Below, one piece after another: positions 1 through 10,100 of a stretch of DNA of 45,410 bases. Source of the DNA: Betaproteobacteria bacterium (GTDB lineage Bacteria > Pseudomonadota > Gammaproteobacteria > Burkholderiales > Burkholderiaceae_C); NCBI GenBank assembly GCA_031428185.1, contig JANPOW010000248.1:1-45410 (forward strand). Reading direction: 5' to 3'. Every line of letters starts with the position of its first letter. Positions within the stretch are counted from its first letter, which is position 1. The translations under genes were made by a program, and so were the position numbers. The notes under the pieces are model-generated. The model had not been told where the DNA came from, did not search any database, and worked only from the letters and a program-made list of their open reading frames with translations.

Positions 1-83
1 CCGCCCCGCCGACCGCGCGGCGCGTGCGGAACGAGCCGCGCGTGCCGCGCATGCGGTAGGGCGGTGCTGCCGTCACCGGCGCA

Positions 84-509
84 TCAAACCACCGTCAGCG
101 TCACATCGACATTGCCGCGCGTGGCGTTGGAGTACGGGCACACCTTGTGGGCAGCGGCCACCAGCGCTTCAGCCGCTTCGCGCTCAAAACCCGGCAGGGT
201 GATGGCCATGGCCACCTGGATGCTAAAACCGCCGGGGATGGGGCCGATGCCCACGGTGGACGTGATGCTCACGTCGTCAGGCACCTTGATCTTCATGCCG
301 GCGCCCACCGCTTTCATCGCGCCGATAAAGCAGGCCGAATAACCGGCCGCAAACATCTGCTCCGGGTTGGTGCCGGCGCCGCCTGCGCCGCCCAGCTCAT
401 GCGGGGTGGACAGGCCCACCTTCAGGGCGCCGTCCGATGAGGCTGCGGTGCCGGTGCGGCCCCCGGTGGCGGTGGCAGTGGCGGTGTAGAGAACTTTATC
501 GAGGCTCAT
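84..509 (-). CDS. ohr: Organic hydroperoxide resistance protein Ohr
   Basis: [18 protein letters not shown] start; both Cys motifs present ([26 protein letters not shown]); ATG at 509 gives 141 aa. Confidence 0.95.
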   Translation of the reverse strand: MSLDKVLYTATATATGGRTGTAASSDGALKVGLSTPHELGGAGGAGTNPEQMFAAGYSACFIGAMKAVGAGMKIKVPDDVSITSTVGIGPIPGGFSIQVAMAITLPGFEREAAEALVAAAHKVCPYSNATRGNVDVTLTVV

Positions 510-525
510 GGTCTTGGTCCTTGGG

Positions 526-1101
526 TCAGGGGGTTGAAGTGCGCGGTGCAACGCGCTTGGGGCCACGCGCCTTCGCGCGTGCGGCAGCAGGCCTTTTGGA
601 GGCCGGCGGTGATGGGCTGCCAACAGCGGCAGCCCCGGGGGACCGGGTGGTGAGTTGGCGGCGCAGCGCATGCAGCTGGCTGGTCAGCGCGGTGATCTGC
701 TGCAGGTCACAGGCGGTGGCGCAGGCGATTGCCCGGGGCACCGCCAACGCGGCAGTGCGCAAGTTGCGGCCGGCGGGGCTGAGCTGCAACAGCACCCGCC
801 GCTCGTCTGCCACATCCCGCTGGCGCTGCAGCAGGCCCAGCGTGCCCAGCCGCTTGAGCAGTGGTGTCAGCGTGCCCGAATCCAGCGTCAGCCGCTCGCC
901 CAGTTGCGAGACGGAGATGCCGTCACCCTCCCACAGCACCAGCATGGCCAGGTATTGCGGGTAGGTCAGGCCCAGCGGCGCCAGCAGGGGCTTGTAGGTT
1001 TTGGTCATGGCCAGTGACGCGGCGTACAGCGCAAAACACAGTTGGTGGTCCAGCGCCAACCAGTCGGTAGCGCTGCACGCGGGCATCACGTTGTGTGGCA
1101 T
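526..1101 (-). CDS. ohrR: MarR-family peroxide sensor OhrR (2-Cys type)
   Basis: [10 protein letters not shown] sensing-Cys motif, [13 protein letters not shown] wHTH, DERRV, C-terminal ACATAC; directly upstream of ohr; about 40-aa low-complexity tail. Confidence 0.93.
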   Translation of the reverse strand: MPHNVMPACSATDWLALDHQLCFALYAASLAMTKTYKPLLAPLGLTYPQYLAMLVLWEGDGISVSQLGERLTLDSGTLTPLLKRLGTLGLLQRQRDVADERRVLLQLSPAGRNLRTAALAVPRAIACATACDLQQITALTSQLHALRRQLTTRSPGAAAVGSPSPPASKRPAAARAKARGPKRVAPRTSTP

Positions 1102-1108
1102 GGATCAT

Positions 1109-1137
1109 ATAATAGTACACAATTAAATTGTGTGCAA
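1109..1137 (-). promoter_or_regulatory. ohrR promoter with OhrR operator
   Basis: Perfect IR ACACAATT-A-AATTGTGT (1117-1133), resembling the TACAATT-N-AATTGTA OhrR box; lies within TTGCAC-17bp-TATTAT on the minus strand. Confidence 0.8.
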
Positions 1138-1232
1138 GTTAATTGATTGACCTGACACAACGAGGCGCCTGAGCAAGGGCACGCAGGCGCGCTGCAAAGC
1201 CGCTGAAGCGCTGGGTGCAGCCAGCCCGCAGC

Positions 1233-1886
1233 CTATCTGGGCTTTTTTGCAATCGGCAAGCCTGAGGCCTCGGCCGGCAAGGTGAAGCGGTTGGCGTCTG
1301 GTGAACAGGCGCAGAGGTTGTAGCCTTTTTTGTCGGCCCGCCCGTCACAGAACACCCAGTGCGCCGCGTCAGATTTGGAGACGAAGAACGAACTGCCGGG
1401 CTGGCGCGCGCTCGCCGTCTTGCAGACATGTGCCGTGCCGTCCACCTGCTGGCGCACCGTGAACAAGGCATAGCTGCAGTCGTTGTCGACCACCAGATTG
1501 TTCGGGTCCACAGCACGCAGGTCCGGGTCCCAGAGTTGTTGCACTTTCACGCAGGCGGGCACTGCACCCGGCTTGGCATTGATGCCGCCCTGGTGGCCGG
1601 ATTCGGCCTGTCGGGCTTGTTCACGCTGCAGCACGCGCTCGCGTGCGGACAGGTGGGGCGCGGGGCTGTCGGTGGCCGTGGCTGGCGGCGGCGTCGCGGG
1701 CGGGGTTGCGGCGGCCGCAGGGGGCGGTGCCGGCTGGGCAAGGCCAAGCTGGCCCCTGGCTTTCTCGATGGCCTGACGGAACGGGTCTGCCACTTCGACC
1801 AGCGGCTGCCAGGATTTTGGTTGAGCAGCGGCAGCAGCGCAGGCGACGACCAGCGCGGCAGCAGTGACGGTGTGGAAGGCGTTCAT
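1233..1886 (-). CDS. Hypothetical secreted protein with a Pro/Ala linker and a six-Cys C-terminal domain
   Basis: Signal-peptide-like N-terminus (AAALVVACAAAAAQ), RBS-like AAGGGA upstream; no family recognised. Confidence 0.7.
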   Translation of the reverse strand: MNAFHTVTAAALVVACAAAAAQPKSWQPLVEVADPFRQAIEKARGQLGLAQPAPPPAAAATPPATPPPATATDSPAPHLSARERVLQREQARQAESGHQGGINAKPGAVPACVKVQQLWDPDLRAVDPNNLVVDNDCSYALFTVRQQVDGTAHVCKTASARQPGSSFFVSKSDAAHWVFCDGRADKKGYNLCACSPDANRFTLPAEASGLPIAKKPR

Positions 1887-1968
1887 TGTCTGGTTCCCTT
1901 TCGGCGTTGTGTGCCGGTGCGTGCGGCGGCTGGGTTGGTCGGGCGCAGCAAACGGGCTTTGATGTCGA

Positions 1969-2487
1969 CTATTGCGACAGAAACTTCCATACCCACCAGA
2001 CGCAGTAGGCGGCGCTGACCCCCAGGCTGGCCGTCAGGGCCAGCAGCAGCACTGCCACCGCCAGCTCAATCAACTTGCCGCCGAACCAGATGGCCCCTGC
2101 GACAGCGACCCCGGTTGCCGCGCCGACAACGCCGACAGTGACAACTCGCAGCGGCGGCAGGCCCAGGACGAAGTGCGTGCAAAGCATGACCAGCACTGCA
2201 GCGCAAGCTGCAATAGCGTTGGCGTTTGCGGCCCATCCTGCACGCGCCGCCGACGCAGGCGCAACGCGCGTGCCTGCAGCATGACGGACTTGGGTATCGC
2301 CGTCTGAGGCCGGCCAGGACATGGGCAGAGACACAGATGGCGGCGCGGGTGCCGGCGGCGGCGACGGGTACCTCCAAGGCTTTGGACCCATGTCAGTCGG
2401 GTCGCCGAGGTCATTCCAGGACGGTGTCTTGGAATAGTCGTTCCGTGCCATTGAACGAGTCCATTTCGGCTGTGGCGTAGGTTTCAA
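1969..2487 (-). CDS. Hypothetical membrane protein
   Basis: Pro-rich N-terminus followed by about 3 hydrophobic segments; TTG start overlaps the upstream stop (TTGA); alternative ATG at 2451. Confidence 0.6.
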   Translation of the reverse strand: MKPTPQPKWTRSMARNDYSKTPSWNDLGDPTDMGPKPWRYPSPPPAPAPPSVSLPMSWPASDGDTQVRHAAGTRVAPASAARAGWAANANAIAACAAVLVMLCTHFVLGLPPLRVVTVGVVGAATGVAVAGAIWFGGKLIELAVAVLLLALTASLGVSAAYCVWWVWKFLSQ

Positions 2488-3227
2488 GCCTGGCGTCTGT
2501 CCGCAGGGCGATGAGACCTGTGACGCAAAGAAAACAGCACTGCCAGCCCACTCAGCAGCAATGCCTGGATTGGTACTTCGGGCACGGACGTCACCACATT
2601 GTCGATGCCGTCGCTGAAGCGAATCGAGTAGTCGGGGAATGCCCGCACCGACGCTGCACTGATCGTGATGCGCGGGTCGGCATAGGCAAAACTGGCGCTG
2701 GTGGCTGGTGGCACATAGTTCGCGCCGGCAAACGCTGTCAAGGTGACGCCATACGGGAGGTTTTCTGATACCAGAACAGTGGCATGGTGCAGGCCTTGAT
2801 TGGTGTCTTTCGCAGTCTTCTTCCCGACGGTTCTGGATGATTCGGCAGAGTCTTTGAAGACGATGGTTGCAAATCGTTGAATGAGAAGCGCTGTAGTGGC
2901 TGATTGGCTGCGGCCCGCATTGGGGAATGTCGGCTCAGTCCAAGTCAAGGACGCAGTCGTATCGAAGACGTAGTCAACATCGACGGACAAGGTTGCTGCT
3001 GCCGGTCCGTCCACCTCGAAGTAGTAGATCATTGAGATGGTGTTGAGGTGACCGATGCCACTGATGTCGGTCACCGACCCCATCGCTGCACTGACCCAGG
3101 ATGTGCCACTGGCGGTGCCAGGGCCACCGCCCTGAATTTGGACGGCGGGCAATGCGGCGGGCAACGCGAGTGCCGGACTCAGCAAAGCCAATTGCAGTGC
3201 GACGCGCTGAATGCCAAAGTAGTTCAT
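2484..3227 (-). CDS. PEP-CTERM-like exosortase-sorted surface protein
   Basis: Signal peptide; Ser/Thr-rich body; C-terminal VPEVP + hydrophobic IQALLLSGLAVLFSL + basic RHRSHR tail. Confidence 0.75.
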   Translation of the reverse strand: MNYFGIQRVALQLALLSPALALPAALPAVQIQGGGPGTASGTSWVSAAMGSVTDISGIGHLNTISMIYYFEVDGPAAATLSVDVDYVFDTTASLTWTEPTFPNAGRSQSATTALLIQRFATIVFKDSAESSRTVGKKTAKDTNQGLHHATVLVSENLPYGVTLTAFAGANYVPPATSASFAYADPRITISAASVRAFPDYSIRFSDGIDNVVTSVPEVPIQALLLSGLAVLFSLRHRSHRPADRRQA

Positions 3228-3397
3228 GCCTGCTCCCAGTCTCCAAGCGAGTGGATAAAACACGGAGCAAGCGCTGCCGCCCCCCGCGTCGCAGTCAGCT
3301 TGGGATCAATTGCGTTCCTGGACCGTTACTGGCCCAGCACAGCGGCCATTGACCCAATGCCGCCGTGTGCTCGCGCCCACACGAACCCCCTGGTCCC

Positions 3398-5140
3398 ATG
3401 TCCACCTTTCCGAAATTCGCCATTCAGCTGCTGCACACCCCGCTGCTGGTGCTGCACAAAGACGGCCAGGTTGTGTCCCACACGCTGGAGCGCAAAGACG
3501 CCGCGCTGCTGGCGATGCTGGCCACCGAGGGGCCGTGGCCGCCTGCACGTGCGGCCGGCCGGCTGTGGTCCGACAGCAGCGAGGCCCAGGCCCGCGCCAA
3601 CCTGCGTCAGCGCCTGTACCGCTTGCGCCGGCTGGCGGGCGGCAATGTCGTGCTGGCCGACCCCAGCCTGCGCCTGGCGCCCGCTGTCACGGTCGATCTG
3701 CTGCACTTTGCGCAGGCGCTGGCCGACGACCCTGGCGCCGGTACCGGCGATCTGCTGGGCGGCCTGGACTACAGCGACACCGACGACCTGGCCGCCTGGG
3801 GGACCAGCGCCCGCGAGCGCTGGCGCCGGCAGCGCGCCGAGGTGCTGGCCGCGCGCGCCAGCCAACTCGAGCATGACCAGCAGATTGCCGCTGCGCTGGT
3901 GCTGGCGCAGCGCCTGGTGGCCGACGATCCGCTGCATGAGCATGCCCAGCGCCGCCTGATGCGCCTGCATTACCTGCGGGGCGACCGCGCTGCCGCGTTG
4001 GCCATCTTCCACAAGTGCCGCGACACGCTGCGGGCTGAGTTGGGCGTCGCGCCGGGCACTGAAACCCTGCACCTTGCAGCGCTGGTGGAGTCAAGTGCGG
4101 CCTGGCCCGATCCGGCGGCAGTGCCTGCACCGGCGCTACACGCTATCGCCACGTTGCGGCCACCCCGCCTGGTCGGCCGGGACGCGCCCTGGGCCAGGCT
4201 GGACCGGGCCGCGCGCGACGGCAAGGTGCTGCTGCTGGTGGGCGAAGCCGGCATCGGCAAGACCCGGTTGCTGGCCGACTTTGCGGCGGCGCATGCGGCC
4301 CTGCCACCCTTCAGCGGTTTGCCCGGTGATGGCGTGCTGCCCTACGCGCTGCCGGCGCGCCTGGTGCGTGGCCTGCTGGCACGTCGGGGCGCAGCGTCGG
4401 CGGCCTGGGTGCTGCCCGAACTGGCGCGCGTGGCGCCTGAACTGGGTGCGCCGGCCGCTGGCCAGTTGCTGCCGCTGCGCCTGGCGCAGGCGGTGCAACA
4501 GGCCTTGCTGGACTGGCACGGCGCCGGCCTGCGTCTGCTGCTGATCGACGACCTGCACCATGCCGACGCCGCCACGCTGGCGCTGCTGCCCTCGCTGGTG
4601 GCCACGCCGCCGGGCGGCATCACCTGGCTGCTGGGTGTGCGCCCGGATGAACTTCCGCCCGCCATCGCGCAGTGGCTGGAGGCATCCGCACCAGCGCAGA
4701 TCGAGCGCTTCGACCTGGCCCCGCTCGATGCGCCTGGTGTGCAGGCGCTGCTGGCCTCGTTGGCCTTGCCCGGGCTGGCCGCCGACCGATGGACGCCTCA
4801 ATGGATGCAGCACACCGGCGGCAATCCATTGTTCCTGCTGGAAACCCTGATCGCGCTGTTCGGCCGGCCAGGTACCGGCCCGCCGCAGCTGGACGGGGCG
4901 GCGCCGCAATTGCCGGCGCCCGCGTCCATCGGCCGCCTGATCGCGCAGCACCTGGCCCGCCTGTCACCGGCAGCGCTCAAGCTGGCCCGCGTCGCCGCCG
5001 TGGCCGGGCCCGACTTCAACGCTGCGTTGGCGACGCGCGTGCTGGGCCTGGCCGCGCTGGAGATTGCCGACAGCTGGCAGGCCCTTGAGGCCGCCGGCGT
5101 GCTGCGCGGCCCCGCTTTTGCGCACGACCTGGTGCGCGGT
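3398..5140 (+). pseudogene. BTAD (SARP-like) regulator with STAND/AAA ATPase, C-terminally truncated and reading in frame into the downstream permease
   Basis: QARANLRQRLYRLR, DPLHEHAQRRLMRLHYLRGDRAAAL (BTAD), Walker A GEAGIGKT, Walker B LLLIDDLH, TGGNPLFL; family similarity stops at FAHDLVR; no TPR tail. Confidence 0.8.
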
Positions 5141-5149
5141 GGTACTGAC

Positions 5150-6112
5150 ATGGTTGCCACCAAACCCGACGCAACATTGCCGATGATCGACGCCGCCGCG
5201 GCCGAGTTGCTGTCCACTGAATCGTCGTCGGTGCATAGCCAGCCCAGCGCGTGGGCCCGTGTGCGCAAAAACGGCGGCGTGCAGATCGGCGGCACGGTGA
5301 TGCTGCTGCTGCTGATCGCCCTGGCCGCACCCTGGCTGGGCACGGTAGACCCGTCGCTGTTTGACCCCGCCAGCCGCGACCTGCTGCCCGGCAAAACCGG
5401 CGAGATCACCACGCTGGAAGGTCAGGTGCTGCAACACCGCTTCTTGATGGGCAGCGACAGCTTCGGGCGCGACATCTACAGCCGCGTCATCTTTGGCACC
5501 CAGGTCTCGCTGATCGTGGGCCTGGCCACCGCGCTGGTGGCGCTGGCCGTGGGCATCAGCTTCGGCCTGATGGCGGGCTATCTGCGCTGGCTGGACGGGC
5601 CGCTGATGCGGGTGATGGACGGCGTGATGGCCATCCCCGCCATCCTGATTGCCATCTCGCTGGTGGCGATGTGGCGCGGCAGTTTGGCCACCGTGGTGGT
5701 GGCCATTGCCATCCCCGAAATCCCCCGTGTCACGCGGCTGGTGCGCGCGCTCGTGCTCACCATCCGCGAAGAGCCGTATGTGGAGGCGGCCATCTCGCTG
5801 GGCACACCCACCTGGCGCATCATGGCCCGCCACATCCTGCCCAACTGTGTGGCGCCGCTGGTGGTGCAGGGCACCTTCATCTGCGCGTCGGGCATCCTGA
5901 CTGAGGCCATCCTGTCCTTCCTGGGCGTGGGCCTGCCGCCCGACATCCCCACCTGGGGCAATGTGATGGCCGAGGGCCGGGCGCAGTTCAACGAGTACCT
6001 GCACAACATCTTTTTCCCGGGCATTTTTTTGGCGTTGACGGTGCTGGCGGTCAACATCCTGGGGGACGGATTGCGTGACACGCTGGACCCAAAAATGGCC
6101 AAACGCGGATGA
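5150..6112 (+). CDS. Peptide/nickel ABC transporter permease (DppC/OppC type)
   Basis: MGSDSFGRDIYSRV, EEPYVEAAISLG (EAA loop), NILGDGLRDTLDP; own ATG at 5150, in frame with the 915-aa fused ORF. Confidence 0.9.
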   Translation: MVATKPDATLPMIDAAAAELLSTESSSVHSQPSAWARVRKNGGVQIGGTVMLLLLIALAAPWLGTVDPSLFDPASRDLLPGKTGEITTLEGQVLQHRFLMGSDSFGRDIYSRVIFGTQVSLIVGLATALVALAVGISFGLMAGYLRWLDGPLMRVMDGVMAIPAILIAISLVAMWRGSLATVVVAIAIPEIPRVTRLVRALVLTIREEPYVEAAISLGTPTWRIMARHILPNCVAPLVVQGTFICASGILTEAILSFLGVGLPPDIPTWGNVMAEGRAQFNEYLHNIFFPGIFLALTVLAVNILGDGLRDTLDPKMAKRG

Positions 6113-7776
6113 GCGCGATGCGCGACGCCACACCGGACACCACCCCGATCCTTGAGGTGCGCGGCCTCACCATCGCGCTGCCCGCTGGCGCTGATCGCAG
6201 CAGCGCGGTGCGCAACGTGTCGTTCACCGTCGGCAAGGGCGAAATCCTGTGCCTGGTGGGCGAGTCGGGCTCGGGCAAATCCGTCATCGCGCAAAGCGTG
6301 ATGGGCTTGTTGCCCAACGCCTTGCCCGTCACCAGTGGCCAAATCCTGCTGCAGGGTGAGGACATCACCCACGCACCGCTGCAGCGCCTGCGCGCACTGC
6401 GCGCCACCCGCATGGCGATGATTTTTCAAGAGCCGATGACGGCCCTGAACCCGGTGATGACCTGCGGCGACCAGATTGACGAAGTGCTGCAGCAGCACAG
6501 CAACTTGTCCGCCGAGCAGCGCCGCGCCAAGGTGCTGGCCACCGTGCGTGAGGTGCTGCTGCCTGACCCACAGCGCATGGTGGCCAGCTATCCGCACCAA
6601 CTGTCAGGCGGCCAGCGCCAGCGCATCATGATTGCGATGGCGCTGGTATTGAACCCGGTGCTGCTGATTGCCGACGAGCCCACCACCGCGCTGGATGTGA
6701 CCACCCAGGCGCAAATCCTGAAACTGGTGCTGGACCTGCAGCACCGCCACGGCGCCGGCGTGTTGTTCATCACCCATGACTTTGGCGTGGTGGCCGAAGT
6801 GGCGCACCGCGTGGCCGTGCTGTGCCTGGGTGACATGGTGGAGGTGGGCAGCAAACACGACGTGCTGCAGCGCCCGCAACAGGCTTACACCCGCATGCTG
6901 ATTCAGGCTGTGCCCACGCTGCGCCTGAAACAGCGGCCGGTGGATGCCAACGCGCCAGTGGTGCTGCAAGTGCGGGGCCTGCAAAAAACCTACCTGGACA
7001 AACGCTGGTTTGGGCCGGCGCGCACAGTGCAGGCGGCGCAGGATGTCAACTTCGAGATCCGCCGTGGCCAGACCTTGGGGCTCGTGGGTGAATCGGGTTC
7101 AGGCAAAAGCACGGTGGCGCGCTGCATCGTGCGGCTGATCGACCCGAGTGGTGGCAGCGTGCTGCTGGGTGGCGCCAAGTTGGGCCAGGCGGGCGAGACG
7201 GCGGAAGACATCGCGCTGATGCCGGCGGCCCGGTTGCGGCCGCTGCGGCGCCGGGTGCAGATCGTGTTTCAAGACCCGTACCGGTCACTCAACCCGCGCC
7301 GCACCGTGGCCCAGGCGCTGGTGGAAGGCGCGGTCAATTGCGGCTTGGGCCAGGCCGAGGCACTGCAGCGCGCCCGTGAGTTGCTGGCCCTGGTGCGGCT
7401 GGACGGCAGCGCGCTGGGCCGTTACCCGCACCAGTTTTCGGGCGGCCAGCGCCAGCGCATCTGCATTGCCCGCGCGTTGATGATGGAGCCCGAGCTGCTG
7501 GTGGCCGATGAAGCGGTGTCGGCACTGGACGTGTCGGTGCAGGCCCAGGTGCTGGATTTGCTGGAAGAGATCCGCAGCCGCCTCAACCTCGCGATGTTGT
7601 TCATCACCCACGACTTGCGCGTGGCCAGCCAGATTTGCGACCAGTTGGCCGTGATGCGGCAGGGCCGGGTGGTGGAATACGGCCCGGCGCACCAGGTCTT
7701 CGGCGCGCCGCAACATGCCTACACCCAGGCCTTGTTTGCCGCTGCGCCGGGGCGGGGTTTTGCGTTTGGTGTTTGA
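6109..7776 (+). CDS. Peptide ABC transporter ATP-binding protein with two ATPase domains
   Basis: Two GESGSGKS Walker A motifs, [12 protein letters not shown] / [21 protein letters not shown] / ADEAVSALD; ATGA overlap with the permease. Confidence 0.95.
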   Translation: MSAMRDATPDTTPILEVRGLTIALPAGADRSSAVRNVSFTVGKGEILCLVGESGSGKSVIAQSVMGLLPNALPVTSGQILLQGEDITHAPLQRLRALRATRMAMIFQEPMTALNPVMTCGDQIDEVLQQHSNLSAEQRRAKVLATVREVLLPDPQRMVASYPHQLSGGQRQRIMIAMALVLNPVLLIADEPTTALDVTTQAQILKLVLDLQHRHGAGVLFITHDFGVVAEVAHRVAVLCLGDMVEVGSKHDVLQRPQQAYTRMLIQAVPTLRLKQRPVDANAPVVLQVRGLQKTYLDKRWFGPARTVQAAQDVNFEIRRGQTLGLVGESGSGKSTVARCIVRLIDPSGGSVLLGGAKLGQAGETAEDIALMPAARLRPLRRRVQIVFQDPYRSLNPRRTVAQALVEGAVNCGLGQAEALQRARELLALVRLDGSALGRYPHQFSGGQRQRICIARALMMEPELLVADEAVSALDVSVQAQVLDLLEEIRSRLNLAMLFITHDLRVASQICDQLAVMRQGRVVEYGPAHQVFGAPQHAYTQALFAAAPGRGFAFGV

Positions 7777-7829
7777 CGTACTTGATGCGCTTGAGGCGCT
7801 TGAGGCGCCGTTCTTTTGAAAGCTCCCCC

Positions 7830-9329
7830 GTGACCCGTGTCCTGATTGCCGGCTACCAGCACGAAACCAATACCTTTGCCCCCAGTCTGGCCGATTGGGC
7901 CGCGTTCAACCGGGGCGATTCGTTCCCGGCCTTTGTGCGTGGTGCGGCGATGCAAGACCAGCTCACCGGCATCAACATCCCCGTGGGTGGGTTCATTGAT
8001 GCGGCCAAGGCCAGGGGTTGGACGCTGATCCCGTCAGTCTGGGCCGGCGCCATCCCGTCCAGCTTTGTCACCCAGGATGCGTTTGAGCGCATTGCCGGCG
8101 CGATTTGCGATGACGTGACCGCTGCGCTCGAGACCGGCCTGGACGCCATCTACCTGGACCTGCACGGCGCCGCCGTGGCCCAGCACGCACCCGACAGCGA
8201 GGGCGAGCTGATCGCCCGGCTGCGCACCTTGGTCGGCCCCGGCCTGCCCATCGTCGCCAGCCTGGACCTGCATGCCAACGTCACCCACCGCATGCTGGCC
8301 CAGGCCGATGCGCTGGTGGCCTACCGCAGCTACCCGCATGTGGACATGGCGGACACCGGCGCACTGGCGGCTGACTTGCTGGCCCGGCGATTGAAGGCCG
8401 GCCAAACCGAGCCGCAGCACAGCCGGCGCCTGCCGTTTTTGATTCCACTCAACGCGCAAAGCACCTGGCTGCAGCCAGCCCAAGGCCTGTACGGGCAACT
8501 GGTTGGGCTGGACCACACACACGGCACGGTGTTGAGCTTTTGCATGGGTTTTCCGGCGGCGGATTTTGAGGAATGTGCGCCCATGGTCTGGGGCCACGGC
8601 GCGGCAGCAGAGGCTGCGGTCGACGCGCTTTACGCCTTGGTGGCCGAGCCCACGCAATGGCGGCTGGACATCCTGTCCGCACGCGATGCGGTGGTGCAGG
8701 CGATGTCGCTGGCCGAGACGGCAACCCAACCCGTGATCATTGCCGACACACAAGACAACCCCGGCGCCGGTGGCGACAGCAATACCACCGGCCTGCTGCA
8801 CGCGCTGCTGGCCCAGGGTGCCGGCCGCAAATACCCTGGCCGGGTTGCGCTGGGCCTGCTGTTTGACGCACCCGCAGCCGCCGCTGCCTGCGCCGCCGGT
8901 GTGGGCGCCACGCTGGACCTGGCCCTGGGCACCGCCGTGCCCACCTTCACCGGCCAGCCGAGCGACCCACCGGTGTCTGGCCGCTTCAAGGTGCTGGCCG
9001 TCAGCGAAGGGCATTGCACCCTGACCGGCCCGATGATGCGCGGCCTGACGGTGCACCTGGGCCCCAGCGCCTGCCTGGAGATTGACGGCGTGCGGGTGGC
9101 CGTGGTCAGCGGCAAAAAGCAGTTGCTGGACCGTGAGCTGCTGCGCATGGTGGGCATCCAGCCCGAAGACATGCGCATCGTGGTGGTCAAAAGCAGCAAC
9201 CACTTTCGGGCCGACTTCTCGCCCATCGCCAGCCAGGTGCTGGTGGCCAAGGCCGCCGGGCCGATGGCGGCGGACCCGGCCGATCTGCCGTGGTTGCACC
9301 TGACGCCGGGTGTGCGGCTGCGGCCGTGA
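7830..9329 (+). CDS. M81 family metallopeptidase (MlrC-like)
   Basis: HETNTF, DLHGA, LDLHAN, YPHVDM, DTQDNPGAG, VVKSSNHFRADF motifs; GTG start at 7830. Confidence 0.9.
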   Translation: MTRVLIAGYQHETNTFAPSLADWAAFNRGDSFPAFVRGAAMQDQLTGINIPVGGFIDAAKARGWTLIPSVWAGAIPSSFVTQDAFERIAGAICDDVTAALETGLDAIYLDLHGAAVAQHAPDSEGELIARLRTLVGPGLPIVASLDLHANVTHRMLAQADALVAYRSYPHVDMADTGALAADLLARRLKAGQTEPQHSRRLPFLIPLNAQSTWLQPAQGLYGQLVGLDHTHGTVLSFCMGFPAADFEECAPMVWGHGAAAEAAVDALYALVAEPTQWRLDILSARDAVVQAMSLAETATQPVIIADTQDNPGAGGDSNTTGLLHALLAQGAGRKYPGRVALGLLFDAPAAAAACAAGVGATLDLALGTAVPTFTGQPSDPPVSGRFKVLAVSEGHCTLTGPMMRGLTVHLGPSACLEIDGVRVAVVSGKKQLLDRELLRMVGIQPEDMRIVVVKSSNHFRADFSPIASQVLVAKAAGPMAADPADLPWLHLTPGVRLRP

Positions 9330-10065
9330 GGGGGGTTTCGGCGTCAACGCACAAGCCCGCAAAACCGGCGCCGCAGGCAAGTGCAGCAAGCGCCGCGTGT
9401 GCTGGCCGCGCTGCCGTTTGGCACTGTGGTGGTGGTGGGGCCGGCCTGCTCGGTGCTGGCTTGTGCGGTGATGCTGGCCACGCTGCTGCGGCCCAGCGGC
9501 TGGCTGGCCGGTCTGTCCTTCGTCCTGTTCGGCGTCGGGCCTGGTCTTTGGACCATCAGCTCGACCACGCGGCGCCAGCAGCGCGCCGATGACCATGCCG
9601 GCGCCGTCGCTGGCGAGCGTGAAGCCCACGCCGCTGGCGTCCAGCCCCAGGCTGCGCATGGCGTCGGGCACATAAGCCGCCTGCCATACAAACCAGGCCA
9701 GGTTCCAGACCACGGCGGTCAGCAGCACCGGGCGCAGCAGCGTGTGGCCCCACACCAGGCGGGCGCCGTCTTGCAGCTGCAGCAGCGGGTGGCGCGCCGC
9801 CGGGGCGGGGCTGCGCGGTGGCGCTTGCAGTTGCAGCAGCAAGACCACCGCCAGCAGCGACAAGACTGTTGCCAACAGGAATGCCGCGCTGCCACCGGCC
9901 CAAGCCACCAGCGCACCGGCCAGCGCCGGCCCGGCGGTAAACGCCGCGCTGCGCGCCAACTCGGGTTTTGTACTGGTGCTGGCCGCTGCCGGGTTGGTGC
10001 TGGTGCTGGTGCTGGCGCCGGCAAGGCCACCCCCAGCGCAAGTACGCAGTTCGGGTGCGGGTTGA
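9330..10065. pseudogene. Scrambled MFS transporter remnant
   Basis: Minus 9962-9567 encodes ELARSAAFTAGPALAG...GAGMVIGALLAPR; its continuation APRVLAALPFG...GPGLWTISSTT is on the plus strand at 9390-9569; N-terminal part absent. Confidence 0.8.
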
Positions 10066-10100
10066 AAATCAGCACCACCACATCCCCCGGAGACAAGACG

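Noticed and set aside
7830-9329. Microcystin degradation cluster
   Set aside because: MlrC-family peptidases are widespread; no mlrA, mlrB or mlrD here
9390-9575. Recombinase-driven phase-variable invertible switch
   Set aside because: IRs are only 10 bp of coding sequence, no recombinase is nearby, and re-inversion does not restore a full gene
9381-10100. N-terminal extension of PcaI (477-aa ORF)
   Set aside because: Made of the inverted MFS piece and antisense sequence; pcaI has its own GGAG plus GTG at 10101
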